A stretch of DNA of 64,000 nt from Chara braunii (lineage: Eukaryota > Plantae > Charophyceae), in NCBI GenBank assembly GCA_003427395.1, contig BFEA01000044.1:3697583-3761582 (forward strand), written 5' to 3'. The notes under the pieces were generated by a model, which saw only the letters and a list, made by a program, of their open reading frames with translations, ran no database searches and was not told the origin of the DNA. This document shows, one piece after another, positions 26,526-38,902 of this stretch. Each line of letters starts with the position of its first letter. The first letter of the stretch is position 1. A program made the translations under genes and the position numbers.

Positions 26526-27585
26526 GGGTCGGCTGGCACGGTACGGGCTATTGCAGTTCTCTGCGACAACAATCGGATGTGTGTATGAAAAACGACTCCA
26601 AATGATTGGTATGATTTGGTACGGGTGCTACAGTCGGAGGCATTGTCACGAAAAAGTTGCTGCAAAATACCGCGGCCAGTAGCTGCAGTCCTAGACTGCT
26701 ATGTCAATGGGACTCAACGGTTCAATATCGAGGCCTTCTTCATCATCTTGGGTATGTACGGCACTGGAGTGAGGCCTTGGTCTGTCACCGGACTGGTACG
26801 GTCCTTGGGCCAATACAGCCAGGTCACGGGGCCGCGGTACCATTATGCTCGGCACAGTTTCTGATTTGGTAACTAGGACAGTTCTCTTTGATTTCGACTG
26901 CAACGCCTATCGGTGCCGTTGGACTGGAATTCCCACAGTACGGGGGTACCCGGGCCCTCAGCAGCATGTGCTCCATAAAAGGCTACGGTCGCAGCATATA
27001 GGGGAAGGCAGCGAAGAGAGGAGGGACGCACTCAGTACGAGCAAGGTGTACCCGCGTATGCAAGCGCGGGGAAGACGCGCCAGCGCTGAGGCGGTTACTC
27101 CGCGTGTGAGGGGAGTGACGTGGGGGAAAGGAGCATGCAAGGTGTACCTGGCCCACAACATAGTGGGATCAAGGCAGGTCAACGCGTTGGGGGCAGCATG
27201 CAAGGCGTTCCCTGCCCACGTAGCATGCACAGAGGGGGTGTGCGGAGAGACTAAGAAAGAGAGTGAGAGGATCAGACTGCGCAGCGTGCTCGAGAGAGAG
27301 GGAGAGAGACAGGGGGACTTGCCTTTGGGCGGCGTGCCGGGTGTATCTGACGTTCCATTAGCACCTGTGGCACGGGGTAAGGGGGAGAAATTGATTCTGG
27401 CAGGGTGCCAGGAGTACGGGGCGCTAGTTTGACTGAGAGGTGATGGTTCGGGAAGGAGACTTGGAGAGACGCGCCAGGCATAGCCAGCTGATGATCCAAC
27501 AGCAAGGGAATCTGCACGCTCTCGGTAATTGCGGGACCACGGCGTGCGCGGCTGCCAGATGGGCAACACGAGAAGGGGAATGTGG

Positions 27586-27845
27586 CTCTACTGCAGATGG
27601 GATCTGCTGCCCCAGTGAAAACACCAATCACACTCTACTGCAGATGAGATCTGCTACCTAACGAGTGAAAGCACCAATGACACTCTACTGCAGATGAGAT
27701 CTGATGCCTCACAAATGAAAACACCAATCACACTCTACTGCTGATTAGATCTGCTGCCTCACGAGTGAGAACACCAATCAACATCTACTGTTGATGGGAT
27801 CTGTGAAAGTATCAATTACATTCTACTGTTGATGGAATCTGCCAC
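27586..27845. repeat. ~50-bp minisatellite, about 6 units
   Basis: ctctactgcagatg.gatctg...gtgaaa.caccaat.aca starting at 27586, 27633, 27683, 27733, 27783 and 27821. Confidence 0.9.
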
Positions 27846-28674
27846 CCTATGCGAGAAGCCAACGGCCACTTTCCACAGTTGGTGGGATTTGCTATCCTGC
27901 AAGGGAGAACTATAGCTATATTGGGTCGCAGATGGAATCTGGTAATCTGCTAACGGAGAGAGCCACCAAGTTCTGTAGTAGATGGGATCCGCCAGTCTGC
28001 TGGTGACATTGTTGAAGAAACCAGCCATGGCGCTGGGCAGAGGCAGATTCAACTATACCTCTGGTTGATGAGCCGGTGATACTCGTGGGAACCCAATTTA
28101 TCCGCTCCGTTGACCCTAGAACCAGCCACTCCGAAAGAAGGGAAACTTATGAGATCAGGTAAGTTGTACGCGAAGGCTGGTGGGTCCACAGGCATGAGTG
28201 TTGAAGGGAGGGTTTGAGTGAGAGAGTAATTCAATGACAAAGAAAGATAGTGGGGTAGAGCTGGAAGAGAGTGAAAAAGGGCCAATTTAAGCCGCTTGTC
28301 TGAACGAGCAATCACCATTAATTTAATTATTATTATTTATTTCAAGNNNNNNNNNNNNNNNNNNNNNNNNNNNNNNNNNNNNNNNNNNNNNNNNNNNNNN
28401 NNNNNNNNNNNNNNNNNNNNNNNNNNNNNNNNNNNNNNNNNNNNNNNNNNNNNNNNNNNNNNNNNNNNNNNNNNNNNNNNNNNNNNNNNNNNNNNNNNNN
28501 NNNNNNNNNNNNNNNNNNNNNNNNNNNNNNNNNNNNNNNNNNNNNNNNNNNNNNNNNNNNNNNNNNNNNNNNNNNNNNNNNNNNNNNNNNNNNNNNNNNN
28601 NNNNNNNNNNNNNNNNNNNNNNNNNNNNNNNNNNNNNNNNNNNNNNNNNNNNNNNNNNNNNNNNNNTCCCCGTT

Positions 28675-29100
28675 AACAACGTTCTGAAAGGGAAGTCCAC
28701 TTTCGCACTGTGTTTCGACGTGCCGACATGTTATTGGTCACTATTACTTGAAGACAACCCCAACAGAAGATCAGGGATTGGGCGCTGAAGGGGGACATCA
28801 ATACAGATGTTTACACCGTCGGGATTTCGCGATTATCATGATTCTGACATTTTCCCATATGGCTAAGCTGGTGAATAATTGCTGCCAACAGCGTTTTGAA
28901 AGGGCATCCTGTTTTCGCACTGTATTTCAATGAGCTGACATGTTATTGGTCATCATTACTGGAAGGCATCCCCAACAGAAGATCAGGCATTGGGCACTAA
29001 AGGGGGGTATCAAGACAGATGTTTACACCGTTGGGATTTCGTAGTTATCGAAATTTAGACATTTTCCCATGTGACTGAGCTGGTGAATGCTTGCTGTCAC
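28675..29100. repeat. Diverged 212-bp tandem duplication
   Basis: tttcgcactg...gacatgttattggtca...cagatgtttacaccgt...gctggtgaat at 28701 and 28913. Confidence 0.88.
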
Positions 29101-29527
29101 TGCGGTAATTTGATAATGGCTATGTCCACGGAGTGTAGTGCCAAGAGGAAAAACGTGGCCAAGTGAGAAAGCAGCCCTAACTAATGAACCAGTCCTGAAA
29201 GGCCTTACCAGCCTCGATGCCTGACACAAAAAAAAAAAAAAGAATTAATCAGGGTGTTGGAGGAGAGACCCTTGGCATTGATTTTGCTTGAGTCGCAAAC
29301 TTTCATATCAGATTTGTACATTTTGTTTTCTTTGTTTTGCTTTTTCGTATTATTTAAGTGTGCAGTGGGGGAACATAAAAGCCAACCGTAAGTGAGAAGT
29401 GACAGGCGATCTGAACATCACTCCCTACCGACCGCTGAGGACCTCTGAAGCGAGCGCGGCGAGTGACAGGCGCCGTTGCCCTTGGCTTTAGCGAGCGGTA
29501 GGTGACCCCTCCCCGGGTTTCCTCACA

Positions 29528-29842
29528 ACGTAGTCAGTCTTAGTTGTCTCTGGCATGGCAATTAGTCTAGCGTACTTGCTGAATCTGTCCACAATAACGA
29601 AGATGTGTCGTTTATTGTTCTTACTGGTTACGAGGGTGTCCATGAAGTCCATGGACACACTCTGACCAGGGCTTGCAGGGATAGGCAAGGGCTTGATAAG
29701 CCCAAGTGGTGCTTGCATCCGTGGTTTGTCACTCTAACAAACCTGGCAAGTCTCTACATACTTCTTGGCATCATCCATCATTGTGGGCCACCAGAATCTC
29801 TGCACTAAATTTGCTACTTTCTTTTTTAATTGAAGTGTCGAG
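29528..29842 (-). pseudogene. pol: Integrase fragment of A (zinc-binding domain to first catalytic Asp)
   Basis: RFWWPTM...CQVC, SMDFMDTL, IVDRFSKYARL. Confidence 0.9.
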
Positions 29843-31107
29843 TGCAATGAACCCAGATCGTGAAGACAGTCATCAACAATGCAAGTCCAGATGAATGTCA
29901 ACCAGCTGATGATTACCAATAGTCAAGATCGTGTCCAGACAGAATGAGACNAGACAGTCATCAACAATGCAAGTCCAGATGAATGTCAACCAGCTGATGA
30001 TTACCAATAGTCAAGATCGTGTCCAGACAGAATGAGACGAGATAATACACAGATGAAGGAGACAGGAGGGAAATTAGACAAAGGAGAGGAGATAAATATA
30101 ATGCCCACTCCTGCTTCGGGTTCCCTCCTCAATAACCACTTCAATAATCAATAGTCTGAACGAGTATCGAAAGTAACCTCAATGTGCCACGTGGCACGTC
30201 TACTTAGTCCCTCATCAGCACCGGAGCAATGTCGATATGAAGACAACCAGGTACGTATCCACGATCTCTCCACAGTCCCGATCTTCATCTTCCTCGCAAC
30301 CAGTCACCTCATGTAGACAGCGTGGACAATGCCACGTCAGCAATCAAGGTAGGTGGCAAACGCCACATCATCAATGAAGACCAATAGCAGCGCCACGTAG
30401 ACCAGGAGCAGCGCCACATATACTAAGGCAGCGCCACGTCAGCATGCCATGTAGACCAGAGGCAGCGCCACATCAGCATGCCATGAAGACCAAAGGCACA
30501 TACACCAGAGGCAGCGCCACGTCAGCATGCCACGTAGACTAGAGGCAGCGCCACATCAGCATGCCATGAAGACCAGAGGCAGCGCCACATCAGCATGCTT
30601 GGCGTACAATGCCAGCGTCGCCTCCACCTCGTGTCGTCGTCCGCAGCGCTGATTCACAGCCACCGTCGCGCTAGCATAAAGCCAGCATCTAGTCAAAGTC
30701 AAGCCAACGTTGAACCAACATAGCAAGACTGAATGCTGGACTTGCTCGAGGCCAGCCTTATGTAGCAGTTGTCGAGACTGTCTGGCCTCGGGTGCCTTTC
30801 CTCCAGCCGTCCAAATTGTCTCACATCTCAAGGTCCAGATTGTACAGTTGCAGACTTCTCCCTTGGACCTGATGCTGTCTGGGTACCTGCATACAAACAA
30901 TTGTGTGCTTGACCTGCAGCCTGGGCTAGGTACCTTTGGACTTTGACTGTTGGGTGGACCGGCAGTTGACGGAAGTCAACTGTCACACGCCAAGACCCTG
31001 AAATTGTGAAGGGTCTTTTCTGCCCTTATTTGGCCTGGGCTGAGGGCGGCCAAGTAGGCCTTCTGATGACCCTCAATTCCACGAGACATATGACATGGGT
31101 TATTGCA
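29843..31107 (-). repeat. 3' LTR of B
   Basis: Near-identical to 35516-37004; contains ~32-bp gcagcgccac repeats. Confidence 0.95.
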
Positions 31108-31235
31108 TTCCTGCCGGCCCAATTTTCGAGTTCCATCGCATAAATACGTCAATTGGCAGTTTACCCACGTTCATATGCAGCAACAATATCAGAAGCAGTG
31201 GGTAGAAGTTCTTTCCTACTGAACCATTTGGCAGT

Positions 31236-34075
31236 TTACCCACATTCATATGCAGCGACAATATCAGAGGCAGTGGGTAGAAGTTCTTTCCTACTGAACC
31301 ATGTGGCTTCAGATGGGGGTTGAGACTTGAACTTTACCTTGCACTGCTTCTGAGGTCGTCCCCTGCCACCTGTAAAAGAATAGCCATGTTCCAATATTTT
31401 CTCAACTTCATAGCCTCCATTCATAGAGGGTGGAATGAAAGTTATCACTCTCTACATAAGGTAGCAGTTTAGACGCATGAAAGGCAGGGTATGTTCTGAG
31501 GTGTGGAGGTATATCTATACGATAGGAAGGTCCATCTTCACCTCCGATTACTTTGAGAACTTCCCAGGGCCCATAGTAGACGGGTAACAGTTTCTGAGAC
31601 ACGTTTTCTTCGAAGGAAAACTCTTTAGACTTAACCTAGACAAAGTCCCCTTCCTGAAATTGTGAAGGACGACGATCTTTATTAGCTTGTTCAATCATTT
31701 GCAATTGGGCTTTGTGTATGTTTTCCTTCCACTTTCCTAATGTCTTCTTCATGCAAAACTGCGAATTCTCGTGTTCCTGGGGGTAGCCTCTGAATCTGGT
31801 CCCTAGTTAACGCATCAATGAGACGCTTAGGCGTTCTTCCTGTAACAATATGTATCCTGTTGTTATATGCACTAGTAATTTTTGGCAAGTTCTCATCCCA
31901 ATCAATCTGGTCAGGACGGACATACATTCGCAAAAGTTGTTGGCAAAGACGATTCATTTGCTCAGTTTGGCCATTCGTTTCAGGATGTCTGTCTGACGAC
32001 ATGGTCAACCGGGTTCCATAGACTTCCATTAACTTCTGCCATTGCAGACTAGTAAACCAAACATCTCTGTCAGATACGATGGTTTTAGGAAATCCATACT
32101 CAGAGACCCATCGCATTTGAAACTTTTGGATGACTAGTTCGGTTCTTACTTCCGCAGGTAAAGGAATGAACATGGCGTACTTAGAGAATATATCAACGAT
32201 GACCATTACTTGACTGTTGTCGTTTCGACTCTTAGTGAGGCTCATGATGTCAATAGAGATAGACTCACCTGACTCACTTGGAACAGGCAGCGATCTCAAT
32301 AGTCCCATTGGGTTTTCATGTGAGGGTTTGTTTCTCTGACAGACAAGACGAGTCCGCACATACAATAGTACATCTTCCTTCATTCCTTTCCATTCAAAAC
32401 GTTCTCGTACATCAACATATGTCTTCTTGAAACCGAAGTGACCTTTCGCATCATGGCATTCCCCAATAATCAAACTCTTAATTGGTTTTAGGTGAGGAAT
32501 ACACAATCGTTCTTCGGTTTTGTCCAGCAAGAAGAGTAAATCAGCAGTCATTCGATATTCTAGAAATGACTCAGGGTTCTTTCGTAGAGTTCCGATGATA
32601 GGACTCCAAATAGGATCACTCCCATAACCCTGGCGAATCTGTTCTTTCAGTTCATTTCCAATATCGAGATAAGAGACTATAGTTCCAAAGAAATATGCAC
32701 GCCTGGACAAAGCATTCGCAACCACATTAGACTTACCTTTGATGGTTTTCACCTCAAAAGTCAAATGTATCAAGGAATGCGGACCACCGTACCAACTTGT
32801 CAGAGAGTCTAGGTTGAGTCTTGATCCAGTTCAATGTAGAGTGATCAGAGTAGACAGTGAAATGCCTTCCTAACAAGTAGTGTTTCTAGGTATCTAGTGC
32901 AGCTACTAAGGCATACAATTCCCTTTCATACGTAGAGTTGGCTACTTTTTCTGGCGGAAGTCTCCTTGACATAAACTCAACAGGTCGATATCCTTTACCG
33001 TAATCCTGTTGTAGCACAACCCCAATCTCATACTGACTTGAGTCAGTCGTGACAATGAAAGGAAGAGAAGGGTCAACAATCTTTAAGACAGGGTAGTGAG
33101 TCAGAGTATGTTTTAACTTCCTAAACGACGATTCACAATCTTTGTTCCATAACCAAGGCTTTTCCTTTTTCAATAATCTTCTCATAGGAGCATTTATCAG
33201 CCTATCAGGGAAAAGTTTCTGACGAACTTCCTATAGTAGCTAGCAAGTCCTAAGTTCAGTTATAGTCTTGGGTTGTGGCCAATCTCTGATTGTTGTGATC
33301 TTCTTTTCTTCAGGCGTTAGTCCTTCTTCGTTTACTATGTGCCCCAAGTACAAAACTTCAGGCTTAGCAAACTCAGACTTCTTTGGATTCAATTTGAAGT
33401 TGCCCTCACGCAACTTCTGCAAGACCATTCGTAGGTGTTTTTCATGATCCTCTAGTGTTTTGCTATACACTAGAATATCATCGAGATAGACTACTACGAA
33501 TTGGTCAAGCCGTTGGCGGAATAACTCATTCATTGACCTTTGGAAGGTCGCAGGTGCATTGGTCAGATCGAAAGGCATAACCACGAACTCGTAGTAACCA
33601 TACCTGGTTCGGAAAGCCTTCTTGTGTTGATCCTCAGGTGCCACCTCTATCTGGTGATACCCTGACTTGAGATCGATCTTACTGAAGTATCTACATCCCT
33701 GCAACTGATCCAAGAGATCATCAATGCGGGGAAAAGGTTCCGCGTTTTTAATTGTGACGGAATTCGGCCCGCGATAATCAATACATAAACAAAGTTCACC
33801 CTCCTTTTTGGGTATGAATAAGACAGGCGCACCACAAGGAGATGAGCTAGGGCGAATCCATCCTTTATCAGTAAGTTCTTGCAGCTACTTTCGCGGTTCC
33901 TCAAGTTCCCTGGGAGACATTCGGTAGATGGGACCCTTGGGAATTTTGCTTCCGGGAATGATCTCAATCGTGTGCTTAATACCACGCTCAGTGATTCCCG
34001 TCGGCTCAGTCTGCAAGTCCTTGTATTCACCAAAAAGTTTTTCAATAGAAGGTGGGTAAGATGAAGAATACTCAC
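31236..34075 (-). pseudogene. pol: Gypsy pol of B (RT, RH, INT, chromodomain-like tail)
   Basis: [62 protein letters not shown]...KVKF...EATW. Confidence 0.95.
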
Positions 34076-35500
34076 CTACTCGTTTAACGAGCACCATCAT
34101 CACCTCCTGATTTAACTTCTTTTCAAGATGAACAAGATAAGCCATTATAGATTGCAATACGGATGACAGGTCAGTCTCAACTTCCTCGAAGTGAAACCGC
34201 TCCCTCATTTCCACCAACATCTTTTCTTGTTTTTCTCTCTTTTCTTTCTTTCTTCTGAACTACTCAATTTTTCGTCTCTCTTTCCTCAAGGTAGTTTCTA
34301 ATTGTTTGACATTTTCCTCCATTAGTTCTACAAACATTTGTGGTTCCACTTTCTTTTCTTTTTTTCTTTTTTCTTGCTTTCCTTTCCGGCTCAGTTCTTC
34401 CAACTGCTAGGCAATATATCGGTCAAGAGCCATACGCCCTTGTTGAATGAGTTCCTCGACTCGCCGCCCGGTTTCCATCATCTAAACACTAGTTTTCACG
34501 GCCTCCAGTTCACCCTCTGTTGCTCGCAGGTACCGTGTATCTCACCAAGGAGTTGGCGAAGGAGGCCGACCAAAGTCTGCGTCCTTGCATCAATTTGTCC
34601 ACGTGTCGTGAGATCCCCTACTTCTTCGTCCGCGTAGACTATGAGAGGAATAGGAAAGAAGAGGAGTGAAATAAAGCGCGTCAAGATGGAGGCACGCAGA
34701 CATTTCCAGAGAGAGTTTATTTTGCCCGCGTGTATTTACTGCACAATAAATAAAATTTAAAAACAAAAACAAATTCCACAATACACGCGTCTTACAACAA
34801 GAAATTATCAAAAGAAACAAATTTTCAAATCTTTCTTGAGTTCTAACTTTGTTGTCTATTCTTTGTGACGACACTCTACAACTACAGGTACCGCAGCCGC
34901 GGCCAGTGTGATCAAGACAACAACACGAGAGTAAGTATGCACAACATCCACAGACAATCAACAGGTGAGTAGAACCAACACATAACACAGTCAATGGTTA
35001 GTTCTTTTCTCAATCACCTGCAGCAGCAGTACAACCCAAGTCATTCACACTTTCAATAGTCCTTACACATGCCACGTGTCACCCCTGGCCTGCCAACACA
35101 GCAACTCAAAGAGTCTGCCACGTCAGCAAATCAAGGACCTGATAGGTCTACAAGGAGGGATGCCACGTCACAATGCAGGTCTGCCTTTTACCAATATACC
35201 AAGTCAGCACACCAATAGCAAGCAGTAACAGGTACGTGCCACGTCAGACCATGCAATGTGCCACATCAGCGGTACCAGCGCCACGTTAGCCTGTTGCCAA
35301 CGCAGGTCTTCAATCTTCAGCGTAGCCTTGTCATCATCTTCAAAGGACGGCTGCTCGCAAGTGCACTATTACCATGTCTAGACTTGCGGTGTGACCGCGT
35401 GCGTTAATAAACGCGTTTCATATTGCACATGCGGCACCTCCCACTTACCTGGGTGCCACGTCAACACTTGACAACTGACAGCAGATTGCGATGAAGAGTT

Positions 35501-35512
35501 GTTCTGATACCA
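35501..35512 (-). promoter_or_regulatory. Primer-binding site of B (initiator tRNA-Met type)
   Basis: TGGTATCAGAAC 3 nt from the LTR end. Confidence 0.85.
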
Positions 35513-36205
35513 AATTGCAATGAACCCCGATCGTGAAGACAGTCATCAACAATGCAAGTCCAGATGAATGTCAACCAGCTGATGATTACCAATAGTCAAG
35601 ATCGTGTCCAGACAGAATGAGACNAGACAGTCATCAACAATGCAAGTCCAGATGAATGTCAACCAGCTGATGATTACCAATAGTCAAGATCGTGTCCAGA
35701 CAGAATGAGACGAGATAATCATACACAGACGAAGGAGAGAGGAGGGAGATTAGACAAAGGAGAGGAGATAAATACAATGCCCACTCCTGCTTCGGGCTCC
35801 CTCCTCAATTACCACTTCAATAATCAATAGTCTGAACGAGTATCTAAAGAAACCTCAATGTGCCACGTGGCACGTCTAATTAGTCCCTCATCAGCACCGG
35901 AGCAATGTCGACATGAAGACAACCAGGTACGTATCCACGATCTTTCCACAGTCCCGATCTTTCTCTTCCTCGCAACCAGTCACCTCATGTAGACAGCGTG
36001 GAGAATGCCACGTCAGCAATCAAGACAGGTGGCAAACGCCACATCATCAATGAAGACCAATAGCAGTGCCACGTAGACCAGGAGCAGCGCCACATATACT
36101 AAGGGTGTGCCACGTCAGCATGCCACGTAGACCAGAGGCAGCGCCACATCAGCATGCCATGACGACCAGAGGCAGCGCCACATGCACTAGAGGCAGCGCC
36201 ACATC

Positions 36206-36440
36206 AAGTAGGAAGTCCACCTTAAGATGAGTGCTCTTGCTTATTCAAGCATGTCCTTCCAATATCCCATAGGGAATAAATAGGGCATGGGTAAGGTCGC
36301 GGCAAGACGAGCCGTTTTTCACAATAGGTGCCAGGTATANGTGCAGTAATGCATGTAGCTGAGGTATCCTAACAGACCGAGAGATTTGAACCTTTTCCTA
36401 CCTAATCAAATCAATAATAGAAAAGAAATAATGCTTGAAC
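36206..36440 (+). other. NUPT: plastid rDNA fragment (3' end of 23S, spacer, 4.5S, spacer)
   Basis: aagtaggaagtccaccttaagatgagtgctct resembles the plastid 23S 3' end, followed after a ~50-nt spacer by a 4.5S-like sequence. Absent from the sister LTR. Confidence 0.88.
36292..36391 (+). pseudogene. rrn4.5: Plastid 4.5S rRNA copy (nuclear, presumably non-functional)
   Basis: taaggtcgcggcaagacgagccgttt...gtgcagtaatgcatgtagctgaggtatcctaacagaccgagagatttgaac matches the streptophyte plastid 4.5S rRNA as I recall it. Confidence 0.88.
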
Positions 36441-37004
36441 CAGCATGTCATGAAGACCAGAGGCAGCGCCACATCAGCATGCTTGGCGTACAATGCCAGC
36501 ATCGCCTCCACCTCGTGTCGATGTCCGCAGCGCTGATTCACAGCCAGCATCTAGCCAGCGTCGCGCTAGCATAAAGCCAGCATCTAGTCAAAGTCAAGCC
36601 AGCGTTGAACCAACATAGCAAGACTGAATGCTGGACTTGCTCGAGGCCAGCCCTATGTAGCAGTTGTCGAGACTGTCTGGCCTCGGGTGCCTTTTCTCCA
36701 GCCGTCCAGATTGTCTCACATCTCAAGGCCCGGATTGTACAGTTGCAGACTTTTCCCTTGGACCTGATGCTGTTTGGGTACCTGCATACAAACAATTGTG
36801 TGTGCTTGACCTGCGGCTTGGGCTAGTTACCTTTGGACTTTGACTGTTGGATGGACCGACAGTTGACCAGAGTCAACTGTCACACGCCCAGGCCCTGAAA
36901 TCGTGTGGGGTCTTTTCTGCCCTTATTTGGCCTGGGCTGGGGGCGGCCAAGTAGGCCTTCTGATGACCCTCAATTCCACGAGACATATGGCATGGGTTAT
37001 TGCA

Positions 37005-38269
37005 CGAGTTACATCATGACACTTACCTAAAAATAAACTATGCAAAGACGCTCTAGACGGAATACACAAACGTTTATTTCCGGCCTTCTCAAGGAACAAC
37101 AAACCATCAACCAACACAAACTCGTCTGATGTAGCCCCGTCTTTAATCTCAAATTTGTGCATGATCTCAGACATGATGGGATCCTCTCGATAGCTTCCTC
37201 CATGGACGGAGTTAGATCGTCAGAAATCCCAACGCAGTCACTAGCGCGCCCATATTGTCTGCCCTGCTTGATAGTGCATCAGCCACCTTGTTGTGCTCTC
37301 CCTTCAGAGGATCGAGCTTGAAATCATACATATCAATGACTGCAATCCACCTTTTGAGTGCGTTGGAGAGCATGTGCTGTTTCTTAATCCAGTGCAAGCC
37401 TCATGGTCAAACCTCACATAGAAGAATCTGCCCAGGAGGTAATGCCTCCAATGGACAAGTGCTTGATAGAGGGTACAGAGGTCTCACTCATACGTGGACT
37501 TGCTAGTTTTCAAGATGGCATCTTGTTGCTTATGTACTCAATCGGCCTAAACGTTTTCCCCTCCTTCTGCTCAAGGACCATGCCTATGTTGTATTGGTTG
37601 GTGTCTATGGTCACAATAAATAGCAGCTAAGGATTTGGAAGTTTGAGGACTTCATAGTGCATGAGGGCATACTTCAACCTCTTGAAGGCTGCCTCGCACT
37701 CATGGGTCCACTCCCATGGGGTGTCAAGGCGCTTAAGGTCAGTTAGTGGGGAAGCTATAGTACTATAGTGTTTAACAAAGGGGCGGTAGTAGCCCGTCAT
37801 CCCCAAGAATGACCTCACCTCAGTCTGGGCTAGTCACGTACACTGCCCACCTTGGCATCATCCGGCCTCAAATCGTCTGCGGAAATCTCATGACCCAAGT
37901 ACAAGATCTCGGTGCGACCAAATCCGCATTTCTCCAAGTTAATCTTGTATCAGTGCTGTCTTAGGAGCCCTAGCACTGTCTTCACGTGCTCAGCATGCTC
38001 CTCCACAGTCCAACTAAAGATGAGAATATCGTTGCAGTACACGACAATAAACTTGTCTAAGAAGTCGTGAAAGATCCGGTTCATTGCGTGCTGGAACGTC
38101 CCAGGAGCATTGCATAGACCAAAGGGCATCACCACAAATTCCTACACACCATTCTTGGTATGGAAAGCGGTTTTGTGTTGATCCTCATGTCTAATACCGA
38201 TCTGATGATATCCGGACTTCAGATCTATCTTTGTGAAGTATCGGCATCCCTGCACTCTATCCAAGAGGT
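37005..38269 (-). pseudogene. pol: RT, RNase H and integrase linker of A
   Basis: MPFGLCNAP, VYCNDILIFS (mutated YLDD), RSFLGMTGYYR, NKVADALS, RLCIP...CHD. Confidence 0.92.
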
Positions 38270-38902
38270 GTCTTTGAGAGTGAAGTGGGACCACGCGGGA
38301 CTTGTAAGTGAGAGCACCCTTCTCAAGGGCTATCTCCCCACTCCCATGAAAAGAGAGAAAAAAGAACGGGAAGAAATCATGGAGAACCTACCTTGGAAAC
38401 AACGATCGAAATAGCGAAACAAAAAAAAAAACAAGGAAAGGTGTTCTTGCCCATGCAATTTCATGATGCCTTTCTTTTTATCTTTACTTAATTGAAGTTA
38501 GTTCTCACCATAGAGGGATATGCGGTGTGCTCTTCTCCTCTGTAGCCAGCCTTACACGGAGGCAACACTGGAGGCAAAACAGGCATTGAGTAAGCAAGCC
38601 AGTGGACCAGGCATCAGATATTGTACTGATGTAACCCATATATGAGACCTCTGTACCCGCCAAAACTTAGCATAGTACCTACCATGTGCACACATCAGAA
38701 AATCGAAAGATGGATTAGGCTTTTTTTTTTTTTCCTGGACCATTTGTGTGGGGAACATGCTAATCTTCTCGATTTTCGCAGAGAATACATCTTTCCAGCA
38801 TATCGGTTCACCACGTGCAACCGTCACCTTTTTGCCTATCTCTGCTCATGTGGTCTGATGGGCCGTGCGTCGTATATTATGTTCATCACAGCGGAGTGCA
38901 TG

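Larger units (their letters stand above)
25181..29527. mobile_element. 4.3-kb TG...CA insertion (very long solo LTR or non-coding element)
   Basis: Splits the integrase of A; termini TGTCAGG / CCTCACA; 4-bp TSD ACGT (25177-25180, 29528-29531); no TE protein motifs seen; contains an N gap. Confidence 0.8.
29843..37004 (-). mobile_element. Chromovirus-like Gypsy element B, both LTRs present, gag core and protease missing
   Basis: LTRs 29843-31107 and 35516-37004 (TGCAAT...ATTGCA); 4-bp TSD CGAG (29839-29842, 37005-37008); PBS TGGTATCAGAAC at 35501-35512. Confidence 0.95.
35516..37004 (-). repeat. 5' LTR of B (carries the plastid insert)
   Basis: Matches 29843-31107 apart from the insert at ~36206-36440 and small differences. 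Confidence 0.95.
22097..38269 (-). mobile_element. Chromovirus-like Gypsy element A, 5'-truncated in RT, host of three nested insertions
   Basis: 3' LTR 22097-23128 plus PPT. The pol pieces at 24278-25180, 29528-29842 and 37005-38269 rejoin when inserts and one TSD copy are removed (..TDYV|INLF..; ..CHDVTR|HF..). Confidence 0.88.

Noticed and set aside
27586-27845. CRISPR-like periodic array
   Set aside because: The whole unit is repeated with no unique spacers, there are no cas genes, and the context is a eukaryotic TE; it is a minisatellite.
29864-30038. 87-bp tandem duplication in both LTRs of B (also around 35624)
   Set aside because: Identical copies separated by a single N indicate unmerged contig overlaps from scaffolding.
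36292-36391. Functional rRNA gene or plastid-derived window
   Set aside because: An isolated fragment inside an LTR with no rest of the operon; a nuclear pseudocopy.
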